The notes beneath the pieces were generated by a model. That model was not told the origin of the DNA, ran no database searches, and saw nothing but the letters and a program-made list of their open reading frames with translations. From NCBI GenBank assembly GCA_002633005.1, contig NMRA01000055.1, positions 540,458 through 604,457 of the forward strand: a stretch of 64,000 bases of DNA, in the 5' to 3' direction. The first letter of the stretch is position 1, and each line of letters begins with the position of its first letter. This DNA is from Phoronis australis. Taxonomy: Eukaryota; Animalia; Phoronida. This document shows positions 22,001-35,211 of this stretch, piece by piece. Position numbers and translations under genes: made by a program.

Positions 22001-25000
22001 GCGTTCAGCGATTGACTGCGATTTCTCGACAAAGCTACTGCTCCCCAACCTCGCTCCTCGATTTGGCGATGAGCTGGAATAGGCCACGCTGAAAAATCCT
22101 CAGGAGGCAAATGTGCACATTCATTGCTTAATTGAGTTTGTGCTCTAATTGGTACACGGGCCTTAATCTAGGAGCCACATACAATGGTAAACTAAGTTTA
22201 TTTTTAGCGTAACAAAAATGAGTACCATGTATCCGACTGACACTCCGGGTGCAATGAGAAACGCGTCCACCCACGTGACGTCTTCATTCGATTGGGAATT
22301 AACCCGTGAGACATCTGTAGTATGAACAAAAAACCTAACAACTACGACAACTACGACGTAAAAAATCGCGAACACTCCAAGCACACTGAAAATAAAAAAC
22401 AGAAAACATCTCATTCTTTGTACTGAGTATTAGCGTTAAACTTACAGTGAATACTTGAACGGCAAATCATGTGATTGCACAAGCATAAGTTGCCTCCAGC
22501 ACTAGACAATATATTTAGAAGAATATCTAGTACCTGTACGACTGCTATAACATGCGGGCACCCAGGAGGGGGGGGCTTGGGAGGCTCTTTCGAGCCCCCC
22601 ATTTGACGATGTGGGCAAAAAGGTCCGCCTCAGAGAAAAAAATAGTCCAAGAAAACGAGAGAAGAGTCCACTAAAAAGACGCGAATGCACAATTCATAGC
22701 CCTGAACGTGGTACCCGTTTTTTTTTTCGTCCCCCGTAGGCTATTTTTGTTAGTAAAAGGTCCACATTGTCAAAAATTCGAGACCCCCTATATTTTAGGC
22801 TGGGTGCGCGCATGTATAAGTCATTGCGTTGCTCTCTGTTTTATAGCCTATGTACAAATTTGACCGAACAATGGTCGATTGGCAGTATTTAGCAGAAAAG
22901 TTTCTGTCCATTTGCACATATTTTTTCTAGAAAAAAGTGACATCCATAATGTCGGGGTCTATTGACCGTAATTTTCGCCGCCCCTGTAGCTAACAAACAT
23001 GTTGTCTCACCTCACATACTTCAAACAGTTGATTTCTCGTAATAAACACATGGGAAGAATAAAAATGATAGTGAACGCGCTGACCAACGTCTTTTGGTTG
23101 CCGTACCAGGTGTGAACAAATTCTTCCGACACAACACTCCCAATAACTGAAATGAAAGGAATTTGCATCAATGCCAATCGATGACTCATCAGTGAGTTGA
23201 GGTTCCTCCTCCACTTGCTTACTTGGGAATACAAACAGCGAAGTGGACTCAACAGTTTTATTGATTTTGGACTTCTTGAACAACCAGGTCTTGGCATCTT
23301 ATGCGACTACATGCGGAAGTGCAGTCGGCTACTTAAAAAATCGACCGACCAAAAATACAACAAATCAACCACTCTTTGCGTGCGAGTTACGAACGAATTA
23401 AGAGACATTGCATTCACACTTTGGATTACAGAAATTGGGTGAAAAGAGAGTCGATCAGCCAGATTTTTACAAATACAAAGTGTCTGTAGGGTACTTGGAT
23501 TTCCTGCTAAATTCCAACTTCCCGCTTGCAACAAAGACGTTAACAAGCTGTTCTTTCGCAGCGCTTCCATGTGACGAAGTTAGTGCTGCAAATGATAACG
23601 CTACAGCACCAGGAGTTTAGTGTGGACGTAAAAATAATTACGGGTTTTGGACTTTTCTATCGGACAGGAGAATGGCTGTTTTACCAAAAAGCATTTTTTA
23701 CAGTGCCCCAAGATTCAAGATTACATTGAATCTTAGCCATAACACTGAGCGTTGACAACTTGAACTCTTCATTTTCAGTTCGGTTCCGGCCAATAAGCGT
23801 CACCTAACGGATGAAACGAAGGAAATAGGTCACCGGTCACAACTTTTGGTTTATTTATTATAAATATAACCACAGAATACGTTGTTTTTAGTCAGTAAAA
23901 CTTATCCGACCTCACTAAATATTTTACATGACATTGGCCCATGACCTCTTTTAGAGACAAGCAAGTTAGTCATGTCCGAAAGTAGTTTTCTTTGGCAAAA
24001 TATGAAATTAATGAAACAAATGACCAGTCTTTGCTTTCGCGTTTTTATCGTACCTGGAGGGAAATCGTGTTTAGAAAAGGCTAGCAAGCTTGGAAAGCGC
24101 CCATCGGTAAACTTACATTTTTCGAAGTGATCTCCCATAACCACTAAAAACATGACACACACACCAACACCTTCGACCATCATTAACAGTATACACACTT
24201 TCTGTCCAAGGGAACCGACTGTCTTCAACAGAACCTCTTGGTATGATATGGCGTTCGTAAGCAGAGTAAGGTAGGCTAAAACTGTAAGTCCGCCAGTCAT
24301 CAATGCCAACACCACCTGTAAGAGAATAATCCAATTTTCTATTAAATAATGAATTTTCAGAACCAGTGAAGCCTTTCCAGGCGCTCAGAAAATTCATATG
24401 TGAAACAAAGTGAAAAATATGATGATGTACATTTGCATTTTATCCATTTTTAAATGAAAGTACCAGGCTCCCTCTTACTTAGGCCAATCCGACATCGAAA
24501 TTTCGAATTTGAATAAATCAACTAGCCGCGGTAAATCTGTTCGTAGAAGAAATTAATAATTTCCATTCGATCCTAGGGAAGGCTCACTGAAAATCAATGA
24601 AGGCGCAGCTTGGGGTTTAGAAAGCGCTTACACAAACTGACATCTTTACGGATAGCGCTATAATTATACGTCATGTACACAAAGGATTGTGAGATAGCGT
24701 TCACCCGAAGCAGCGCCGCTTGTAGACGTTGATAAGCGACCTGTGTGAATCCCCACATTTCAAGCATCGAGAAGTTGAGTTTATCATGAATGTGAGCGAA
24801 TAGGTACCATTGAAAACCAATTTCTGAACAGCCGAGCGCTTGACATTTTCTGCACTTTGGATTGGATGACTCGTATGCCATAAATTTACACTGTGGGTTG
24901 CTCAGGAATCGATAATTTCTATCCAAAAAACAGGTCAATGGGGGCAAAGTGTAGTCGCTGGGACAGACGTGGAGAATACGTAAACCATTCCTCCTAAACC

Positions 25001-25463
25001 CTAATCATAAATGTGACGTCAGCTGGCGAAAGCGTTCGACTTCTGCTCTAGTGCCCTCTATAACTTAGTTCAAGTTTTGTTTTTTGGTCCTGCCTCTTCT
25101 TGAAAACATATTTCAATGTATGTATAATACGACTGTATTTTTTATATCTGGCATGACACTTCTGTACCTGTTTAGTTTGTGCGTCTAAATATGGTATAAT
25201 TCGCCCTGTGTCAAACAAAAATAAAAAGCTATAAAAACCATCGACGAATACCAAACTCGTCTGGGTAGCTCTACTCACATAGTGTACAAAACTCGCTGGT
25301 AATATTCCACCGGCAGCTGTGTAGGCCCAAGGCAGTTCAAGTATCCCAATACCTAGGCAACAATTTACGGCCAAGAACGAAGCCGAATACCAAGATATGC
25401 CTCGTCTGTTTGAAGTTTCGATTGATACCTGTGCAACGTCGATGGTGTAGAACCGTCCATTGT
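19082..25463 (-). CDS. SLC38A7: SLC38A7/SLC38A8-like sodium-coupled neutral amino acid transporter (5' exon not located)
   Basis: Phase-consistent GT-AG exons 25279-25463, 24117-24315, 23011-23146, 22226-22385, 21183-21442, 20608-20807, 19082-19239. Motifs VNCCLGIGILELPWAY, ILPMCL, GYMCH, GYLTFG, IPDI..AIAYTGG..FPG; stop TAA at 19082. Family-level call, orthology unproven. Confidence 0.85.
22551..22814. mobile_element. MITE in SLC38 intron with 15-bp imperfect TIRs and TATAA TSD
   Basis: TATAA|CATGCGGGCACCCAG...CTGGGTGCGCGCATG|TATAA. Confidence 0.8.
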
Positions 25464-28400
25464 CTGGAACAGAAAGTCTGGTCGCTATCGTTCAAAAGTC
25501 ATCACTTTGGATTATTTTCTCAGAAATGTCGCAATTTTTCGTCAATTTAACTGGTATAAGCTTCCATCAACATAGCGCAAAAGTAAAAACCGTGTTTTTC
25601 AGACACTATTTCCCCTACGATGAGTAGCGCTGTTGTTGATGGGTGTGGTTTGTAATAGGCTGCTGACCATGCAGTGGTAACGGAGTAACGTATGCGGACA
25701 TTTTCAGAAGTTGAACATTGCCTTTGTGACTTACGACTTCTAGCAAACAACAAAATAAGTAAGCTTCCATAAATATTCATTTTCTATATTTTTTTTGCAA
25801 ATGATGAACACATTTTTTACAATATGGCACTGTTCCCGGCTTAAAATGGGGAGAAAATTCAGCTCATCAAGAATCCTTAACAAAGTTTCAATTTTATGGA
25901 ATTGACCCCTTCAAGAGGGGGGTATTTTGGGACCAAAACCACACGAAAGGGTGTTTTTTCTTAGAAAGTCCTACTCGTGGATCCTCCTTTTTCTGAACAG
26001 GTGGGTATGTTAAGGTTCCAGCTGCTCCGCCGTCAAAAATACAGTCGAGTATAGTGCCACTGGAATGAAGCTGGACTATTGTTATGATAAGGAAGAGATA
26101 ACCACTGGTTATCCTTTCCTGATATGATCGAAAATAGAAATAGACGAGCAGTAGGCCTAGTGTAACATACTTGAGTAGCAGTCTGGGCAAGTGACTTTAA
26201 ATTATAAAGAGAATCTTTCAATTTCTCAGTAAAGCTCCAATTTTGCCACCAAAAACGAAAATCAATTTAGGCCCCTTACTCTCATAAAATCGATCTGATA
26301 ATATTCCGACAGGATTCCATTTTGCTTAGGAACATAGTATCCATGGGCGATTCAAGAAAACGCTTCAGATTAGCCAACCTTAAAATTGCGGATTTGAAAA
26401 TGGCGCACGTACAAATTGCCTATGATTTAAGCTGCTGGCTCACTCGGTAATTATTCATTATCGCGTGAGCTTGGTAGTGCTTTTAAGCCCAAAAGCGCTT
26501 CAAAATGCGTAATTCGCCACTACGTTCACAACGCGACACCACCGGCGACCAAGTGGCATCCACAACTACAGTGTAGATAATGAAAAAATCAAGCGGGCTT
26601 AAAAGTTCAGCAAATGATCAATTGAAAACTTACATGATTCTAGCAATTGCCATGACTCCTCGATCTTGTCAACTCCCATACTTAAAGATTTGTTCACAAC
26701 TGCTTCCTCCGCTAAACTGTAGCACAAAAGATACTGCTATTTAGTCATAGAATGACGTACGGGTGACCTTTCCACAAAAACAAATGGTAAACTGTTACTG
26801 GGTCATGACACGAGTCAATCCATGCGACGTAGAACAGATCTACCATTGTCTCGTCTACAGATTTATATCTTAAAGACACTCTTTCCGTTTTATTTTGGTT
26901 AAAGAGTTTGCAAAATGAGTTGCAACACAAAAAAATTCAATCAAAACCCATTCACAAAAGGCTGTTTCAACATAACTTAATTTGTTTCCAAAATACACAG
27001 AATTCAATACAAAATTCTTAAATTAAGGTTTGATCTTCTCATGGTGCACCACCTTAATGGCCGCAAAAACTGAATTTAATAAACTTTTCAGTAACAAAAA
27101 CGCAACTACATACACGGCTGTAGTTTATGAAATGCTCCAGACCTACAAAATCATTCGATTGATGAGACTTGAGTTCTGCTCTTAACTATTGAAACTAACG
27201 GAAATAGTGTCTTTAATGGCGTCTGACTCTAGAAAGATGTTCACATTTGGATAATTTTGGAATATCATAGGTCAGAAATGGCTAACAAGATTCTGTGCTT
27301 TATGTATTGTTCTCCAAAATGTTGTAAGGAATTGTTCTTACTGAACGTAAGTTTTGCTAAGTTAAATTCAATAGTTTTGTAGGTAGCTGGCTAAATACAT
27401 AGACTAGTCGGTAAGAGTACACGCAATCTTAAACTTGGAGCAAATGATTTGTCTACCGTGGACTTAAGAAAAAAATGGCCAGGTCTATTTTAAGAAATTG
27501 AGTTTCTTAAAACATGTTACACGGACACCATTTTACACAGCGTGAGCAAGAGTGTCTTTAAATTGATGTTGACGAAACATGACCCAGCTGTGTTGTCATT
27601 TCCCAGCATGCATGAAAATTAAAAGTAGGGTAAATAACGAGAATGATATTTGTTTATTAATGGATATTTTATTTTTCAAGACTGGCATCACAGATTTCGT
27701 GAATTGTCTAAATGTTGATGACTAAATCTCACGAGCACGTAACGAGTATGTCAATATCACACATTCAGGGCTCAGCTATTCAGGAATCCATGTGGGGTAA
27801 TTAAACAGTTATCTTCTCAGCCAAGACCATGAACCCTTTGTCAAGCAGCGTTTGGTTACTCAGTCCAACTGAGACAGTTGTTTGGCTAAGAGCACGGTTA
27901 ACAATTAGGAACTGCTTTCACTGACCTTGCATTCCTCTTGGGTGCGAAAAACAGTATGATAAGATTTGCAACTATCTGCAAAGTGCTAAGTCACTATGCA
28001 GACTAGCCCAAAATGGCCGTCATCACAATCATTCAATTTCTCGGTATGACTACTCGTCGAAGGCTTCTTAAATCACGCTATCTTCATAGTCGAGAATGGC
28101 TCATGAAAACAGTGTTCAATTATTTTCCAGACATTTGACGAACCGGGAAACAAAAAAGGTACTACATATAATCGGATGTATGCACCACCCTCAAATAACG
28201 CAGCACCAGTATGATATCCATTGGAAATGGCCTGAAACAACCTTAGTGGCTTTTGTTTTCACTATCCATGCAGCTAAATAGAAATTACGAAAGGGTAGGC
28301 GTCTAAAAGCTTTCCACACTAATACAAAACACTGCATCATTCAGGCCTTCAACAACAAAAAGGAATGACAAAAATTGCCATCATTTTTGACGGAGCTGAC

Positions 28401-28825
28401 TGGCCGGGTCAAACTGGACACCAGACACTATTCACTTCCCTTTTCTGGTTGAAACTATTTGCTACCTTTCAGTAACAGTGAATCACTGCCTTTACGTAAT
28501 TCATTTTGTGATTAGGCTTTTTCGATCAACGTCTTTTCTTACAACATCCGTGTTCATGGAAAGCTCATAAAACGTAATCGAATTATGAAGGATTTCCTCC
28601 TGGATAAATCCACTTTGTATGTATCATGTTCATTCGTTCAGTTGCCTGGAACTTACGGCCGGCTAAAACAAAATGTACACTTCCTTTTTTTTAAACCAGG
28701 ATCTGAGACTTTGTATTGCGCCATCTGTCGGTAAACTCCACAACAATCACAAAAAGGACATTGACCTAATTTCTATGTTACGGGACAACCTGCGCACAAA
28801 AGAGGTCAGCAGCTCAAGAAATATA

Positions 28826-31800
28826 ATGTCTGGGCACCTGCTTTACGGAGGGGAATATCACAAGTTTTTCAATGTGGACGATTACATGGACGACGTCTAC
28901 GGTGATTTGAATGGGTCAGGTTATAGTCCCATATTGGTTAAGTTCATAATAAATTCTCTACACAGCATTTTCAGAGAAGGTGAGTATATGCAAGCAGAAT
29001 ATTTAGAGCGCTTTGTTTTTGTTGACCAGACATTGCTTGGCCATGGCGTACCTGGTACTCTGACGTCCTGGATTTGAGGGCCCACATGCCCCTGCTCCTG
29101 AATGGTCACGTGCTCCAGGATTGCTTGAATTTTTGATGGCACAGGATTTGGTCCTGGTGTGACACAAAATATTTCTAGTGAGTTATTTAAGTATGAAATA
29201 GTATAGTAAAAAGTCCTGGCCGGGTGCATGTAATTAGTCTGATGAAATAAAAATGCTGGTAGGGTCATTATTTTTGGCCATGCAGAGTAAAAATAATGTT
29301 TTGGACTTTGTCATATATTTTAATTCTCAGAATAGATAAAAAATACATTTTTTTTCGTTCTGGGACTTCCTAAGTAACATTGCTGGTTTGTGCCCGAGAT
29401 GTTGAAATTACGCAGCTACTGCATTTAACATTGGTAACAGTATGTTTTGGCCGTCTCAAGACTGCATGGCACGGGAATGAGTTTCACACAATTTTTGCGG
29501 AAGTGTGTCGCAAAGTGATTCCCGAGTCAAATCACCGAAATCGCAAACAAGCTCGAACAACGTTTGAACTGTTTAAACACCGCCATGTCAGGGTCCGATC
29601 ATTCCGCGTTCACCTCACTTTGATTTCATGTCCCCCAGTTGATCACCAGACCAATCTCAGTCTTACACTCTCAGTCAGGACGTGACTTTCTCCTGCAGAA
29701 CTGACCTATCGCCAGGTCTGTGAGTGACGGCTTAACTGACCATTTAGAACTCATCATTCTTGATACACCTTCATTTTCAAGCCGCCATTTTACTCGAAAA
29801 ACAACACTTTCCCGAGTAAAACTTTTTGTTTGTCAGTTGACATTACGCAAGGGGGTGGAAGGCTTGCGATAGGTCAATTCACATCCCAACTCCTGGCTGA
29901 CCGTCTCTGACAGCACCCATATTTGCATACAAATAATGGTAGCCTGTACCTCCGCAGACTAGTGACTGAGGCTGGTCATTGACCTTTCAAACCTCGATAG
30001 GCCGGAACAGACTCTGATGCACAATTTCGTGACTCATTGATTTTGGGAAGGCGAAGAATTTCAGATCACATATCCACATCACATATTCAATTTATCAAAC
30101 TTTTTTCACGTCGGAGTGGCAGCCCATAGTGCAGCAGTAACGACGGTACGTTTCGTTGCCATTGAAAGGACGGCAACCGAAAAACACTTGCAAAAATCAG
30201 ACAACAACAAATCAATATGTGAAACTCCAGTGGCACGAAAACGAGGCAGTAGATGTGCCTGACAGATGCTTATGGAATATTGTGGGTAGATAGATAGAGA
30301 TTAGAGTGTCGTTGTGTAATCCGTGACGGCCTTTCTGGCAGTCGTTGTCGCGCTATTGGAGTTTTTCATGTTACTGTGTTGGTGTCTTGCGATTTTTACT
30401 TTTTTCTCGACTTACATAACAGTATTTGACCTTCCAATGCCAGCGAAGGTTTACTGCTGTGATGTGGGATGTAACACACACCGCAGACAGTTGAATAAAC
30501 TTGAGAAGTATCCGTGAATGCCATATTTTCCACATAATTCCTAGAATCAGTCCAACATCTCTAGAACCTGGACGTGTTTTCCTACCTCCAGGATAAAGGA
30601 GATTTCTATCCGGCACCAGCCCATGGTAGACTTTTACCTACTCGATCGACAGATACAGTGAGGCGAGGGAATGTAAAATACAGTATAATTGAGTAAGCAA
30701 ACAATACACGTAATATCTCCGACACTGGTTTCTTTATAGTATGATGCTGAGTGCTGTTTTGTAAGCTTGTTACTTTTGCAGGAACAATCCAGGGTCAAAA
30801 GCTGCTCGACATCGGTAGTGGTCCATCCATCATATCTGTTATCAGCGCCTCCCGTTGGTTTGAAGACATAACTCTGAGCGACTATACACCACAATGCAGA
30901 AAAGCACTCCAAGACTGGATAGAAAAGAAAGGAAATGCTTTCAATTTCCAACAATACTTCGACTACATCAGCAGACTCCAGAATGAGTAGGAACAATTAT
31001 GTTCAGGTTTTCAGCTGTTTTTGATTAATGCTAAACGATGCTACGAATCCTGTTGATGACTTTCAGCCGAAAATGCTCACGTCTCCTGCTCATATTTGGG
31101 AGCAAATGAAGGGAATGCTAGGGCAAAGCAGAAAAAAAAATTGGCAGCCAGGCGTCCAATGAAAGACATTAAAAAGGGGGCGTGGGCGGCCACCGGAGAA
31201 GCGGGAAACACATGGCGAACAGGGATGTGAACTGAACTTGGTGGCGAACAAGAGGAAATCGGAGGGGGTGTATTGATGGTGATTCAGTGGGGGAGCGTAG
31301 GATTGGTGACACCCGGGGTGAAATTCCCAACCCCCACGTTCGGGAAAAGCTATGCTCGCCGCCCCCCGAACAGTCAAGTTTAGTTGTGCATAAAAGCAAT
31401 ATTTTTATGTTATGACAACTCTTCAGCTGTCAGAAAATGAAAGTTGCGGTTTGAGGTGGTAGATCTTTCCCGGCCCAACAGTCGCTTATTACGCCCAAAA
31501 CATCAGTCACGCTCAGACTTGGTATTTTCGTACTTAGTAAGTTCATAAGAGCCGAAGCGCATTGTTTCAACAGATTCAGCGCATATGCTGTAAAAATATT
31601 TGGACCCTCTTCAACAAATATGAAACTTGCAATTTTAGTTCTTAATTTTGAAAAAGATGGCAATTCTTCAAAACCGGAAGTGTGACTCATTGTGCAATTT
31701 TCGAGTAAGCTGTGTTCTTTCGTTTTTCCGTTCTGGCAGAGATGTTCCGGCGTTGAATTTCAGCATCCAAGCATCGGGCGTAACAATTTGGCTGGAGCAA

Positions 31801-32613
31801 CCATGCCAGAAATAAGTGATAAAACTATAACAACAGCGATTCAACATAAACTCACATTATTTGAATTTTGTGACTTGCTCACAGGGTCTCAAAAATCGAC
31901 TAACATGATTCTAAGTATCAATGATAGTAAGAACTATGTCGCATAGATCAAAAACGCCTTGATGAATGGCAACCTTCCCTTCTGAGGATGAAGAAAAAGA
32001 CTAGTAACGTACCGTGTTGTGAAATACCCACCGCCATCAGGATTTTATTCCTTACTTGAGAGCGCGCCAACGTTAAAATGTTTTGTAATGTGCAGAATGT
32101 AAGATAAAATAACCAAACTTGTTTCAGAATCTCATCTGCATTGAGCTAATCATAGGAATACTTTTTACTTTTATTTTTTACAGTCAAGATAGCCGAGCTA
32201 TAGAAGAAAAACTGCGACAGTCTATAAAAAGGGTAGTGTCCTGTGACGTTACCAGTAGCAAGATCTTGCCGGAAGTGGACGACGGCGAAATATTCGATGC
32301 CATAACAACCAGTCTCTGTCTTGAGGCGGCACTGAAGGATAATTCGTCGTATGAATATACCATCCGTGCTTTGGCGAAAAAATTACGCATAGGGGGATGT
32401 ATTGTCCTTGTTGGTGTTCTGTCGCAAACCTATTACAACGTGAAAGAGAAAAGCTTCTTTACTTTAAAATTATCGAAGGATTTCATACACACAGCCATGG
32501 AAAAAGCGGGATTCAGCGGCATCGTTTGGTATACAAAAACCGACAGCATACCAGACGACTTCATCAGCGATAACCAGGGAATGTTCGTCGCATGGGGTAA
32601 GAAGGAGAAATGA
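28826..32613 (+). CDS. NNMT/INMT/PNMT-family SAM-dependent small-molecule methyltransferase
   Basis: Exons 28826-28979, 30782-30986, 32184-32613 (phases 1 and 2, the three-coding-exon layout of vertebrate NNMT). Motifs LLDIGSGPSI, ITLSDYT, CDVT, TSLCLEAA, LRIGG, DNQGMF. Confidence 0.9.
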
Positions 32614-33499
32614 AATTCCTTGTTGACCAGACAGGCTGTTTAAAATTGACACCGATGTCATGAGATAAAATCGTACGGTGCATGAATAGTCATACATAGT
32701 GAACGGTTGGCCGAATGACAGTTAACATCATGGGTTGTTAGAGAAAAATGTATCGTTTTCCTAACTGGAAAATCATGAAAAATCAAAGAATTCGTGGAAG
32801 GATATTTGGTTAGTTTGCCGTATGCCTATATATGTGAAGGTCTGCATTATCTCTGCGGTATAATAAAAGGACGTGGTTACAAAAATAAACGTGGTAACTT
32901 TTCCCTTCGCTTGGGTGCAATTTGTGAGGCAATCGCCTTTGTCAAATAACTGCTCGGGTGTACCTCTGGGTGTATAAAGCACTCACCTTGTACAACGACA
33001 GCAGGATAAATTCATGTAACCTATCATTTGCGTGATAAAAAAACACAGTTGTTGAGTTGTTGTAGGAAAGTTGTATTTCAAAGTCCCCATTCTGAAGAGC
33101 TTTGTGCCCCAAGCATTCATGTTCTTGTAGAGGTTTCCTTTCTGAAGTTGATACATTGAAAGTACAACTCATTTTTTTACCGAACAGTAAAGTGTACACT
33201 AAATGAGGACTTCCAACACTTGTCCATGTCCAACATTGGCCGGGATACACCAAAACCATTGACCACTGCATTACACTATACAAAAACTAATTTCAAGCGG
33301 CTACAAACCCGAGTTCAGCTCAAGTGGTGCACTTTAAGTTTAGACCATTTACAGCTATGAAATTGGTCTTACTTTTTTCTTTTTCAGACGAGAAGCGATT
33401 CCTGACTTTGCAAAGAATCGGCAATTTGTTATTCATTCGGATCTCATGCTCGCGCATAAAATGAAATGCCGTGATTGACAAGCCAGCTTATAGAACCTG

Positions 33500-33887
33500 G
33501 GCCAAGTCTCTAATCTTTTTACTCGAAATAGACTTGAAATTATGTTTGGCATTTTCTACTCTACTTTTGTGCAATCTCAAGATAAGTATCTATTATTCTG
33601 TGCTTGAGTACATAATGGCGGATAATTTATTAGTCCTAGTTTGCACTTGATAAACCCAACATTAAGGCTAAAAGTTCGAATTTGAACTCACAATGTAGAG
33701 TTTCTCCCCGAGTTTGTAGCATGAATATAAGGGTCTTCAAGTGCAAACTTGGACTAGATATGCATTAACTATAATGTATTCGAGCACAGTCTGATAACCT
33801 CTTATCTTGAGTTTGCACAAAAGGAGCAGAGAAATTGCCAAAAATAATTTCGAGTTCGTTTCGAGTACAAAGATTAGAGACCTGGCC
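33500..33887. mobile_element. Foldback MITE (PIF/Harbinger-group-like) with long imperfect inverted arms and CTG TSD
   Basis: CTG|GGCCAAGTCTCTAATCTTT...AAAGATTAGAGACCTGGCC|CTG; the arms are complementary over most of the element. Confidence 0.8.
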
Positions 33888-35211
33888 CTGGTCACAAGCA
33901 ATGATGAACTGTCAGTTCTTTCGAAACCTTGAAATCACCTCTAATTTGACAAGGAACAATATAAGACTAGATCCATGGTATAGATCTTTTTTGTAAAAGC
34001 GCCGGGGTTTATAGCCGATTTAAATTCATTTTCTGTTAAAAGCAAATCTAAAATTACAAGTGTAAAGAAAATAGTTCAAAAGGAATAAACATTTTACAGA
34101 TGATAGAATCTTTGCAAACTAAATGCAGATTATGTTAGTTAATTGTTGGCGGTGTGGCGATGCAACTCAGGAACTAAGAACTTTCTCATCGCGTGCTTGC
34201 TTTTGGCGAGATTGCTCCCCGTTTTGAATTTTTGTACCGCGTCCCACTACAACATCAAAATGTCCTACTTTTTGACACACGGCGAACTTGACGTTTTATA
34301 TATATGAGCGTTTTTGCGTGAATGTCTACATTGCTCTATTTTCTTGTTCTATCGATGATAGACGTTTTGGGTGTTTCGCCGGACGTCCATTCCCCCTTGT
34401 GTTTTGCCATACACACACATGCCCGCTTTATATTTGGAAGTCCGCTGTTTCAATGCAGATGTAGCGTTTTTTTCGTTCTTGACCGTTGGCAACTATGCAC
34501 TAAACTGGTTTCTGAAAACAAACAGCCTTTGCCTCAAAAATTCAATCATAACTCGAGAATTATACCCGTTTGGAACACCACGGAGGAAAAGCATTAAACT
34601 ACGATTTCATTTTCAAGGGCCAATACCATGTGACTCGGTCGTATTCGGAAACAAATTATCGTGCAGAAACGTGGGTTGTTTAAACATTTAAATTTACAAA
34701 TGTCCAGACAGTCTTTATTAAACGTGATGGGTGTTAGTTTGTACGTTGTTCATAATGTATTCGTATTACTGTACAGCTGCATGAGGGCACACTCCTTCGG
34801 TCGAGTTTCAGTCAGTTTCATCCTGGTCGACACCAACTTCGCGCCCACTATACTCCCAAGATATTTTTGCTGATCTCTTTAGGTGGACAGCAGACATGCC
34901 AAGCTTGCCACTAGTTGACCCCAAGAAAATTTTGGCAACAGCTAATGAGCAATTCTATAACGTCACAAGCTGTGACGTCAGGTTTGCAATTGAAATACCG
35001 TCACAATCCCTCAAGATTTCCAACGAAATAGTTTGCTTCTGGATTAAAACCAGTTTCCAACGCACAACTTTGACTCGATTATTCTGAAACTACAAGAGAT
35101 GACAAACACGATTGTTTCGGTAACTGGCGTAACACGTCATCAGTTTCATGAAGAAGACGCAAGTCGTGCGCACTCAAACCTTGGAAAAAGAGTTTAGTCA
35201 AAAGCCATAAG

